From an uncultured Actinomycetota bacterium (GTDB taxonomy: Bacteria; Actinomycetota; Actinomycetes; Mycobacteriales; Mycobacteriaceae), in NCBI GenBank assembly GCA_963767375.1, contig CAVYDT010000008.1, forward strand, positions 2,428,641-2,460,640: a DNA stretch of 32,000 nucleotides. The letters are read 5' to 3'. Positions within the stretch are counted from its first letter, which is position 1, and every line of letters starts with the position of its first letter. The notes beneath the pieces are model-generated. The model searched no databases and was not told the DNA's origin. It saw nothing but the letters and a program-made list of their open reading frames with translations. Shown one piece after another: positions 24,629 to 32,000 of the stretch. A program made the position numbers and the translations under genes.

Positions 24629-25978
24629 ATGAGCAACATACTTGATCTGGTCGACCAGACCTTCTTTCGCGTCGAGCGGGCGGCCGCAGTCACCAACGTG
24701 ATTCAGTGTGTCTGGGTTTATGACCGCCCGGTCGGCATCGATGGACTGCGCCAGTTCCATCACCATCTGCAGCGGGGGCGGTTATCCCGTCGCATCGAGC
24801 GCTCACCGTTGCCGTTCGGCCGGCATCGCTGGGTCTCGCCTGGTGATCAGTCCGATCTCGAGGTCGCTACGCCTCGGCCGCGTGAAGAATTCGACGCCTG
24901 GCTGAACGAGCAGAGCAACACCTCCATCGATCCCGAGCACGGACCCGGGTGGCACCTCGCAGTGCTGCCCTTCATCGACGGCGGCGCGGGGGTGAGCTTG
25001 GTCGCCGCACATTGCCTGAGCGACGGCGTCGGGTTGTGCGAGGCGGTGGCGGACGCGGCTTGCGGCTCCGACAACGCAATGAGCTGGCCTGCTGCCGGGT
25101 CTCGCCCGCGCTGGCAGGCCCTGCGGGAGGACGCCCGCCAAACCGTGCGGGACATCCCCGAGATCGGCCGCGCCGTCGCCGCCGCAGCACGATTTGTCCG
25201 GCATAACCTCGGCCGTGCGGGATCTGCTACCCCGACACCTGCGCCGACCGCCGGCGCCGACGAGCGCATCACTGTCCCAACGGCAATGATCTTCGTGGAT
25301 GCCGACGAGTGGGACGCCCGTGCACACTCACTCGGAGGGACCAGCAACACCCTTCTCGAGGCATTGGCCGCCCGCCTCGCACAGCGAGTCGGACGGGTCA
25401 CTGCAGACGGCTCAGTCACCTTGACGATGCCCATCAACCAGCGCACCGCCGGCGATACCCGCGCCAACGCCATCACGAACGTCGACATCACGGTCGACCC
25501 CGCACCCGCAACGACGGATCTGCGCGAGATCCGGGCCGCAACCAAGCAAGCACTGATCCGCTCTCAGGAGCAGCCCGACGAACGGTGGACGCTGCTGCCT
25601 CTCGTTCCGCTGGTGCCTGAGGGGCTGGGCCGGCGATGGGTCGGCGCGGCCACCAACAGTGCGATCAGCGTGGGCGCATCCAACGTCGGTGTGGTCAACC
25701 CGGCCGTCAACCGGCCAGACGGTACGGACGCCGACCATTTCGCCATGAAGTCGCTCGGCCTGGGTATGACCACGACGACGATGCACCAGCTCGGCGGGCT
25801 GCTGTCTTTGCTCTCCGGAAGGGCGCACGGACGGGTCTTCGTCTCGGTCGTTGCGTATCAGCCGGACCGCCCCAACTCAAACGACCAACTGCAACAGCGC
25901 CTTTCGAGCGTTCTGAGCGAATTCTCGCTCACCGCCACGATCGGCTGGCCATGCAATGAGCCGGTGGGGGCGCGGTAG
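24629..25978 (+). CDS. WS/DGAT-like CoA-dependent acyltransferase, tandem paralog 1
   Basis: Motif VAAHCLSDGVG (single-His HxxxDG). N-terminal LDLVDQTFF (compare LSPLDAxFL of WS/DGAT). C-terminal ASNVG...VSVVAYQ block (compare the NVPGP region). 449 aa, 21 nt after the previous stop. Confidence 0.75.
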   Translation: MSNILDLVDQTFFRVERAAAVTNVIQCVWVYDRPVGIDGLRQFHHHLQRGRLSRRIERSPLPFGRHRWVSPGDQSDLEVATPRPREEFDAWLNEQSNTSIDPEHGPGWHLAVLPFIDGGAGVSLVAAHCLSDGVGLCEAVADAACGSDNAMSWPAAGSRPRWQALREDARQTVRDIPEIGRAVAAAARFVRHNLGRAGSATPTPAPTAGADERITVPTAMIFVDADEWDARAHSLGGTSNTLLEALAARLAQRVGRVTADGSVTLTMPINQRTAGDTRANAITNVDITVDPAPATTDLREIRAATKQALIRSQEQPDERWTLLPLVPLVPEGLGRRWVGAATNSAISVGASNVGVVNPAVNRPDGTDADHFAMKSLGLGMTTTTMHQLGGLLSLLSGRAHGRVFVSVVAYQPDRPNSNDQLQQRLSSVLSEFSLTATIGWPCNEPVGAR

Positions 25979-26002
25979 GCATCACCCGCTGATGACCCTG
26001 GT

Positions 26003-26156
26003 GTCGCGGGTAAGCACAATGCGCAAAACTACGAAATCGTCGCTTATTCCGACTATCGCTTACAAACGCGACAGAGGGGCAAGCGGCGCGGTAATTTCGA
26101 GTTCAACAAACAACAGAAATACGTCGCAAGATCTACTGCGGGAACAGAATTCACGC
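26003..26156 (+). repeat. Locus-specific intergenic repeat module, copy C
   Basis: GTCGCGgGTAAGC (26003-15) and GCTTACaaaCGCGAC (26058-72) are inverted arms around CACAATGCGCAAAACTACGAAATCGTCGCTTATTCCGACTATC. The copy lies between paralogs 1 and 2. Confidence 0.8.
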
Positions 26157-26267
26157 TAGCGCCAAAAGTCATTCACGAACATCCGTTTTTTGCCATGGAT
26201 GACATTGCCCACCAAGCGAATTCGGATGAGCAGTACCCATAGGCAACTAACAAGAAAGGCGTTGGAA

Positions 26268-27623
26268 ATGAGCAACGTACTTGATCTGATCGACCAGACC
26301 TTCTTTCGCCTCGAGGGGGCGGCCGGAGTCGGGCAGTCTGTCTGGGTATATAACCGCCCGGTCGACATCGACGGACTGCGCCGGTTCCATCACCACCTTC
26401 AGCGGGGGCGGTTATCCCGCCGAATCGAGCGCTCGCCCTTGCCGTTCGGGCGCGATCGCTGGGTGTCGCCCAGCGATCAGTCGGACCTCGAGATCGCGGC
26501 GCCCCGGCCGCGCGAAGAATTCGACGGCTGGCTCAACGAGCAGGCCAACATCCCCCTCGATGCCGAGCACGGACCCGGCTGGCACCTCGCGGTGCTCCCC
26601 TTCACCGACGGCGGCGCGGGGGTGAGCCTAGTCCTCACGCATTGCATCACGGACGGCGGCGGAGGGGCCTTGGCCGTGGTGGAAGCGGCTTTCGGCTACG
26701 ATCACCCACTCAACTGGCCTGCTGCCGGGTCACGCCCGCGGTGGCGAGCGCTGCGCGAGGATGCCCGCCAAACCGTGCGCGACATCCCCGCAATCCGCCG
26801 CGCCGTCGTCGCCGCAGCACGATTCGCCCGGGCTAACCGCGGCGGCACCGTATCAGCCGCTTCGCCCGTTTCAAAGGCACCTGCGCCGAGCGCCGGAGCC
26901 GACGAGATCATCACGCTCCCAACCGCAACGATCTTTCTCGATGCCGAGGAGTGGGACACCCGCGCGCACGCACTCGGAGGGACCAGCAACACCCTGTTCG
27001 CGGGATTGGCGGCCCGCCTCGCCCAGCGACTGGGACGAGTCGCCGCAGACGGCTCGGTCACCTTGGCGGTACCCGTCAACGAGCGCACTGCGGACGATAC
27101 CCGCGCCAACGCGATCACGATTCTCGACATCACGGTCGACCCTGCACCCGTGACGACGGACCTGCGCCAGATCCGGGCCGCAACAAAGCAAGCGCTGATC
27201 CGACACCGGGAGGTGCCCGACGAACGGCAGACACTGCTGCCCCTGGTTCCCCTGCTGCCGCGGCGGCTCGCCAGGCGAATGGTCGCCACGGCCACCGGCG
27301 GCGCGACCAACATCGCTGTCCCATCCAACCTCGGCACGGCCCCCCCGGCCGTCAACCAACCAGACGGCACAGACGCCGACTACGTCGCCGTGCGGTTTCT
27401 CTACCCGGGTATGACCAAGGCGATGGTGCACCAGCTCGGCGGGGTGCTGTCTTTGCACTCGGGAAGGGTGGACCGACAGATCTTCGTCTCGGTCGTTGCG
27501 TACCAGCCGGACCGCCCCAATTCGAATGACGACTTGCAACAGCGCATTTCGACCGTTCTGCGCGAGTTCTCGCTCACCGCTACGACGGGCTGGCCGTGCA
27601 ATGAGCCAATGGCGGCGGCGTAG
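26268..27623 (+). CDS. WS/DGAT-like CoA-dependent acyltransferase, tandem paralog 2
   Basis: Motif LTHCITDGGGG. The start is set at ATG 26268 (MSNVLDLIDQTFF), matching the other paralogs and following an AAAGG RBS. The ORF-track start at 26190 adds 26 non-homologous residues. Confidence 0.75.
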   Translation: MSNVLDLIDQTFFRLEGAAGVGQSVWVYNRPVDIDGLRRFHHHLQRGRLSRRIERSPLPFGRDRWVSPSDQSDLEIAAPRPREEFDGWLNEQANIPLDAEHGPGWHLAVLPFTDGGAGVSLVLTHCITDGGGGALAVVEAAFGYDHPLNWPAAGSRPRWRALREDARQTVRDIPAIRRAVVAAARFARANRGGTVSAASPVSKAPAPSAGADEIITLPTATIFLDAEEWDTRAHALGGTSNTLFAGLAARLAQRLGRVAADGSVTLAVPVNERTADDTRANAITILDITVDPAPVTTDLRQIRAATKQALIRHREVPDERQTLLPLVPLLPRRLARRMVATATGGATNIAVPSNLGTAPPAVNQPDGTDADYVAVRFLYPGMTKAMVHQLGGVLSLHSGRVDRQIFVSVVAYQPDRPNSNDDLQQRISTVLREFSLTATTGWPCNEPMAAA

Positions 27624-27659
27624 TAGGCGTGGGCAAGCAACAAGAAAAGGAGCTTAGAA

Positions 27660-29093
27660 ATGAGCAACGTACTCGATCTGGTCGACCAGACCTTCTTTCT
27701 CGGCGAGCAAGCGACCGGCGTCACCATGGTGCTGCAGTGCGTGTGGGTCTATGACCGCGCGATCGATACCGACGGTCTGCGGCGGTTCCATCACCATCTT
27801 CAGCGGGGCCGGTTATCCCGCCGCATCGAACGCTCGCCCTTGCCGTTCGGCCGCCATCGCTGGGTCTCGCCCAGCGATCAGCCCGACCTCGAGATCGTCG
27901 CGACGCCTCGGCCGCGCGCAGAATTCGACGCCTGGCTCAGCGAGCAGGCCAACACCACCCTGGACGCCGAGCACGGACCCGAATGGCACCTCGCGGTGCT
28001 CCCCTTCACCGACGGCGGCGCGGGAGTGAGCTTGGTCATCTCGCATTGCCTCACCGACGCCGTCGGGTTGTGCGAGGCGTTGACGGACGCGGCTTCCGGC
28101 CGCCACGACCCCATCAGCTGGCCCACTTCCGGCTCGCGCCGGCGGTGGCGAGCACTCCGCGAGGACGCCCGCCAAACCGCGCGCGACCTCCCCGGTATCG
28201 GCGGAGCCGTCGTCGCCGCAGCACGATTGGCCCGACGTAACCGCGGCAGCGCGGGATCAACCGCCCTGCTAAACGCCGGGTCACCTGCACCGCTCGCCGG
28301 AGCGCATGAACGCATCACCCTCCCATCGGCAACGATCTTTGTCGATGCCGATGAGTGGGACGCCCGCGCACATTCACTGGGAGGGACCAGCAACACCCTT
28401 CTCGCGGGATTGGCGGGCCGCCTCGCCCAGCGAGTGGGCCGGGTCACCGCAGACGGCTCAGTCACCTTGGGTATGCCCGTCAACCTGCGCACCGCCGGCG
28501 ATACCCGCGCCAACGCAGTCACCAATGTCGACATCACAGTGGACCCCGAACCCGCGGCGATAGACCTGCGCGGGATGCGGGCCGCAACAAAGCAAGCGCT
28601 GATCCGCTCTCAGGAGGCGCCCGACGAACGGTTGGCGCTGCTACCCGTCGTTCCTCTGTTGCCGCAGTGGCTGGTCAAGCGAATGGTCAACCTGGCCACT
28701 AGCAGTGCGACCAGCGTCGTCTCATCCAACTTCGGTGTGGTCAACCCGGCCGTCTACCGGCCAGACGGAACAGACGCCGACCACTTCGCGATAAAGGGTT
28801 CCAACTTGGGTGTGACCAAGGCGATCATGCACCGCACCGGCGGAATCATGGCGTTGCTCTCGGGAAGATCGGATCGACAGGTCTTCGTTTCGGTCCTTGC
28901 GTATCAGCCGGACCGCACCAACTCGAATGACACTCTGCGGAAAGACCTTTCGAGCGCTCTGAGCGACTTCTCGCTCACCGCCACGATCGGCTGGCCATGC
29001 CCTGGGCCAGTGAGAAAAGCGCGCGTCGCGACCACCAGGGAACAAGTAAATGCGATTGCAGACCAAGTGGATTCGTCAAGCCGTATGGCCTGA
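27660..29093 (+). CDS. WS/DGAT-like CoA-dependent acyltransferase, tandem paralog 3 (C-terminal ~25-aa extension)
   Basis: Motif ISHCLTDAVG (Gly to Ala after the Asp). 477 aa. It starts 36 nt after paralog 2. A unique tail KARVATTREQVNAIADQVDSSSRMA follows the shared WPCPGPV end. Confidence 0.75.
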   Translation: MSNVLDLVDQTFFLGEQATGVTMVLQCVWVYDRAIDTDGLRRFHHHLQRGRLSRRIERSPLPFGRHRWVSPSDQPDLEIVATPRPRAEFDAWLSEQANTTLDAEHGPEWHLAVLPFTDGGAGVSLVISHCLTDAVGLCEALTDAASGRHDPISWPTSGSRRRWRALREDARQTARDLPGIGGAVVAAARLARRNRGSAGSTALLNAGSPAPLAGAHERITLPSATIFVDADEWDARAHSLGGTSNTLLAGLAGRLAQRVGRVTADGSVTLGMPVNLRTAGDTRANAVTNVDITVDPEPAAIDLRGMRAATKQALIRSQEAPDERLALLPVVPLLPQWLVKRMVNLATSSATSVVSSNFGVVNPAVYRPDGTDADHFAIKGSNLGVTKAIMHRTGGIMALLSGRSDRQVFVSVLAYQPDRTNSNDTLRKDLSSALSDFSLTATIGWPCPGPVRKARVATTREQVNAIADQVDSSSRMA

Positions 29094-29130
29094 CAGCCCA
29101 ACCAAGTGACAAGGAAAGGACCTTAAGAAA

Positions 29131-30513
29131 ATGAACAACGTACTCGATCTGATCGACCAAAGCGCGTTTCTCGCCGAGCGAGCGACCGGAGCCACCAACG
29201 TGATTCAGTGTGTCTGGGTGTACAACCGTGCGATCGACATCGACGGTCTGCGCCAGTTCCATCACCATCTTCAGCGGGGGCGGTTGTCCCGCCGCATCGA
29301 ACGCTCACCCTTGCCGTTCGGACGCCATCGCTGGGTCTCGCCCAGCGGTCAGTCCGACCTGGAGATCGTCGCCACGCCTCGGCCGCGTGAAGAATTCGAT
29401 GCTTGGCTCAGCGAGCAGGCCAACACCCCCCTGGATTCCGAGCACGGACCCGGATGGCACCTGGCGGTGCTCCCGTTCACCGACGGCGGCGCGGGGCTGA
29501 GTTTCGTTATCTCACATTCCCTCATCGACGGCGTCGGGCTGTGCGAGGCGTTGGCGGACGCGGCTTCCGGCCGCCACGACCCCATCAGCTGGCCTGCTGC
29601 CGGGTCACGCCGGCGCTGGCAAGCACGGCGGGAGGACGCCCGCCAAACCGCGCGCGACATCCCCGCCATCGGCCGCGCCGTCGTTGCCGTGGCACGATTC
29701 GCAAGGCGTAGCCGCGGTGCTGACGGATCTGGCACCCAGCTGCCTAGCGCGCCGCGTTCGCCGATCGTCGGAGCTCACCAGCTCGTCGCTCTGAATAAGG
29801 CAATGATCTTCGTCGACGCCGACGAGTGGGACGCCCGCGCACACTCACTCGGGGGGACCAGCAACGCGCTGCTCGCGGGATTGGCGGCCCGTCTCGCCCA
29901 GCGAGTAGGACGGGTCGCCGGGGACGGCTTCGCCACCCTGGAGATACCCGTTAACGAGCGCGCCGCCGGCGATACCCGCGCCAATGCGATGACAAGTGTC
30001 GACATCACGGTCGACCCCGAACCCGCGGCGACGGACCTGCGCGAGATCCGGGCCGCAATCAAGCAAGCGCTGATCCGCTATCAGGAGGCCGGCGACGAAC
30101 GGCGGGCAATGCTGCCCCTCGCTCCTCTGCTGCCGCAGTGGGTGGTTAGGCGAATGGTCAGCGTGGCCCTCGGCGGCGCGACGACCAGCGGATCATCCCA
30201 CCTCGGTGCGATCAACCCGGGCGTCAACCGGCCAGACGGCACAGACGCCGACTACTTCGCCGGAAACTCTTTCTTCCTGGGGGCGACCGGGACCGGGGCG
30301 CCCGTGGCGACGATAGCCCGCACCGGCGGGCTGCTGGGGTTGCTCTCGGGAAGAGTGCACGGACGGGTCTTCCTCTCGGTCGTTGCGTATCAGCTGGCCC
30401 GTTCCGACTCGAATGACGACTTGCGGGAGCATATTTCGAGCGTTCTGAGTGACTTCTCGCTCACCGCCACGATCGGCTGGCCATGCCCTGAGCCAGTGGG
30501 CGGGGCGCGGTAG
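29131..30513 (+). CDS. WS/DGAT-like CoA-dependent acyltransferase, tandem paralog 4
   Basis: Motif ISHSLIDGVG. 460 aa. It starts 37 nt after paralog 3, and the RBS and start context are conserved (AAGGAAAGG...AAAATGAACAACGTACTCGATCTG). Confidence 0.75.
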   Translation: MNNVLDLIDQSAFLAERATGATNVIQCVWVYNRAIDIDGLRQFHHHLQRGRLSRRIERSPLPFGRHRWVSPSGQSDLEIVATPRPREEFDAWLSEQANTPLDSEHGPGWHLAVLPFTDGGAGLSFVISHSLIDGVGLCEALADAASGRHDPISWPAAGSRRRWQARREDARQTARDIPAIGRAVVAVARFARRSRGADGSGTQLPSAPRSPIVGAHQLVALNKAMIFVDADEWDARAHSLGGTSNALLAGLAARLAQRVGRVAGDGFATLEIPVNERAAGDTRANAMTSVDITVDPEPAATDLREIRAAIKQALIRYQEAGDERRAMLPLAPLLPQWVVRRMVSVALGGATTSGSSHLGAINPGVNRPDGTDADYFAGNSFFLGATGTGAPVATIARTGGLLGLLSGRVHGRVFLSVVAYQLARSDSNDDLREHISSVLSDFSLTATIGWPCPEPVGGAR

Positions 30514-30524
30514 ACGCCCCCCGC

Positions 30525-30686
30525 CTGGCGGGTGAGCACAATGCGCAAAATCGTGGAATCGGCGCTAACTCCGACTATCGCTTACAAGCGCGACACGGGT
30601 GCAAGCGGCGCCGTAAGTTCGGTCTCGACCAGACAACTCGCTAGGCGTCCGTACGTCGCCCGGTTCGCCAAGGGGCGGGGAATCCT
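30525..30686 (+). repeat. Locus-specific intergenic repeat module, copy D
   Basis: CTGGCGGGTGAGCACAATGCGCAAAATCGTGGAATCGGCGCTAACTCCGACTATCGCTTACAAGCGCGAC..., alignable to copy C over ~160 bp. It lies between paralog 4 and mmpL. Confidence 0.8.
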
Positions 30687-30742
30687 GGCTTTGCTGCCGC
30701 TCCTGCTTACCCAGGCTTGACACACCAATGAAGGGCTTCACC

Positions 30743-32000
30743 ATGTTCAAAAAGTCCGCCGCGCCCAAGACCTCTGCCGCTGCCAAGACGCGCATCGGTG
30801 CGTTTTCGGTGTTGGGTCGCTTCGTCGTGCGTGCGCCCTGGCTCATCATCGCCGCCTGGATCGCTGTGGTCGCCGTGCTGGCCGTGGCCCTCCCCCCACT
30901 GACGAAGGTGGTCGAAAGCCATCCACTACAGCCGCTGCCGCCCAAAGCTATGGCGGCGGCCGAGCAGATGGCCAAGGATTTCGGTGAATCCGCCCAGAAT
31001 GTCCTGATTGTCGTACTCACCGACAATCGGGGTCTGCAACCTGCTGATGAGGACGCCTACCGCAAGCTCGCCGATACGTTACGCAGCAAGACCAACGATG
31101 TGACCGGCGTGCAGGACATCGCTACCACACCCGCACTGCGTCCATTGATGGTCAGCGCGGACAACAAGGCGTTTTACATGGCGGTGGCCCTGAGGGCGCC
31201 TATCGGATCCCCTGAGTCCTCGCAGGCCTACCAACGGATCACAGAAATCGCCAAACGCTCCACCGCGGGCTCCTCGCTGACCGCGGAGGTGACGGGACAG
31301 GCTGCCATGGCCGGCGACCTGTCGATCGTCTCCGCCCGCGACATGCACATCATCGAGATGGTCACCGCATTGTTCGTGCTGATCATCCTGCTGGTGGTCT
31401 ACCGGCGACCTGTGACCGTGTTGCTGCTGTTGATCACCGTCGGAATTTCGGTCGCGTCGGCCCAGGGCGTGGTGTCCGGGCTAGCCCTGCTCGGACTCGG
31501 GGTGTCCACGCTGACGATCGTGTTGATGACGGCGATGATCGTGGGCGCCGGCACCGACTATGCCGTCTTCTTGATCAGCCGCTACCACGAGTACATCCGG
31601 TCCGGCATGGACTCCGACCTGGCCGTACAAAAAGCACTGAGCTCCATCGGCGAGGTCATCGCGGCGTCGGCGGCCACCGTTGCCGTCACCTTTCTCGGCA
31701 TGGTCTTCACCCGCATGCCCGCGTTCACGAGTATTGGTCCGGCGCTCGCGGTTTCGATCGGGGTCGCATTTCTCGCCGCCGTCACGCTGTTGCCCGCCCT
31801 ACTCGTGCTCGCCGGTCGACGCGGATGGGTGACGCCGCGACCGGCGCTCACCGGCCGCCTGTGGCAACGGTCTGCCGTTCAGCTGGTTCGCCGGCCCAAA
31901 GCGCATCTGCTGGTTAGTCTGTCGGTGTTGATCGCGCTGGCCGGCTGCGCGGCCTTCCTCCAGCCCACCTTCAACGACCGCCTGCAATTGTCGCAGTCAG
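30743..32000 (+). CDS. mmpL: MmpL-family RND lipid transporter (5' part; continues beyond the window)
   Basis: The frame stays open to the window end. N-terminal TM, periplasmic domain, then TM bundle with the hallmark MMPL block IVGAGTDYAVFLISRYHEYIRSG. The start is ATG 30743 (after AAGGG) or the in-frame ATG 30728. No mmpS lies upstream. Confidence 0.9.
   Translation, partial: MFKKSAAPKTSAAAKTRIGAFSVLGRFVVRAPWLIIAAWIAVVAVLAVALPPLTKVVESHPLQPLPPKAMAAAEQMAKDFGESAQNVLIVVLTDNRGLQPADEDAYRKLADTLRSKTNDVTGVQDIATTPALRPLMVSADNKAFYMAVALRAPIGSPESSQAYQRITEIAKRSTAGSSLTAEVTGQAAMAGDLSIVSARDMHIIEMVTALFVLIILLVVYRRPVTVLLLLITVGISVASAQGVVSGLALLGLGVSTLTIVLMTAMIVGAGTDYAVFLISRYHEYIRSGMDSDLAVQKALSSIGEVIAASAATVAVTFLGMVFTRMPAFTSIGPALAVSIGVAFLAAVTLLPALLVLAGRRGWVTPRPALTGRLWQRSAVQLVRRPKAHLLVSLSVLIALAGCAAFLQPTFNDRLQLSQS

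Noticed and set aside
24803-30432. A recurrent set of 170-230-aa minus-strand and off-frame plus-strand ORFs inside each acyltransferase paralog
   Set aside because: They recur only because the underlying genes are paralogous. Their products are Arg/Pro/Gly-rich, and the sense frame has the conserved HxxxD architecture.
30502-30520. A hairpin GGGGCGcggtagaCGCCCC overlapping the stop codon of paralog 4, considered as a terminator
   Set aside because: The stem is only 6 bp with no U-tract. It may matter for the adjacent repeat module, but it is not enough to call a terminator.

Overview
High-GC actinobacterial DNA, almost certainly a slow-growing Mycobacterium: it carries a PE_PGRS gene, two DUF732 genes, an MmpL transporter and paired TetR regulators. 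All family calls come from motifs read by eye, and starts were chosen by RBS and spacing.

Layout:
- (1) 1-6.8 kb: a translationally coupled catabolic operon (2Fe-2S ferredoxin, SDR, Rieske oxygenase, small ORF, TauD-type dioxygenase, CMD-family protein, two overlapping acyl-CoA dehydrogenases) behind a tandem palindromic operator.
- (2) 6.8-9.1 kb: a flavoprotein oxidoreductase and a divergent acyl-ACP-thioesterase-like gene.
- (3) 9.1-13.6 kb: a cluster of secreted and envelope proteins (S1 protease, two DUF732 proteins, small Pro-rich proteins) around a PE_PGRS gene fused to a histidine-phosphatase (PGAM) domain.
- (4) 13.6-18.8 kb: a SnoaL-type cyclase, then a TetR with a divergent MpaB-oxygenase and membrane-protein operon, then a second TetR with a divergent LEH-like gene. 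Both TetR intergenic regions hold clear inverted-repeat operators.
- (5) 18.8-21.5 kb: a decayed junction with a frameshifted methyltransferase N-terminal fragment abutting an integrase C-terminal remnant, about 470 bp with no supportable gene, a lone SPFH gene and a G6PD-like fragment.
- (6) 21.5-32.0 kb: the most interesting part. It is a same-strand lipid-type locus: alpha/beta hydrolase, a lower-GC condensation-domain protein, four tandem mosaic paralogs of a WS/DGAT-like HxxxD acyltransferase, and an MmpL that runs off the window. A 100-160 bp repeat module that I do not recognise occurs four times, once upstream of each apparent transcription unit.

No rRNA, tRNA, CRISPR array or intact mobile element was found.
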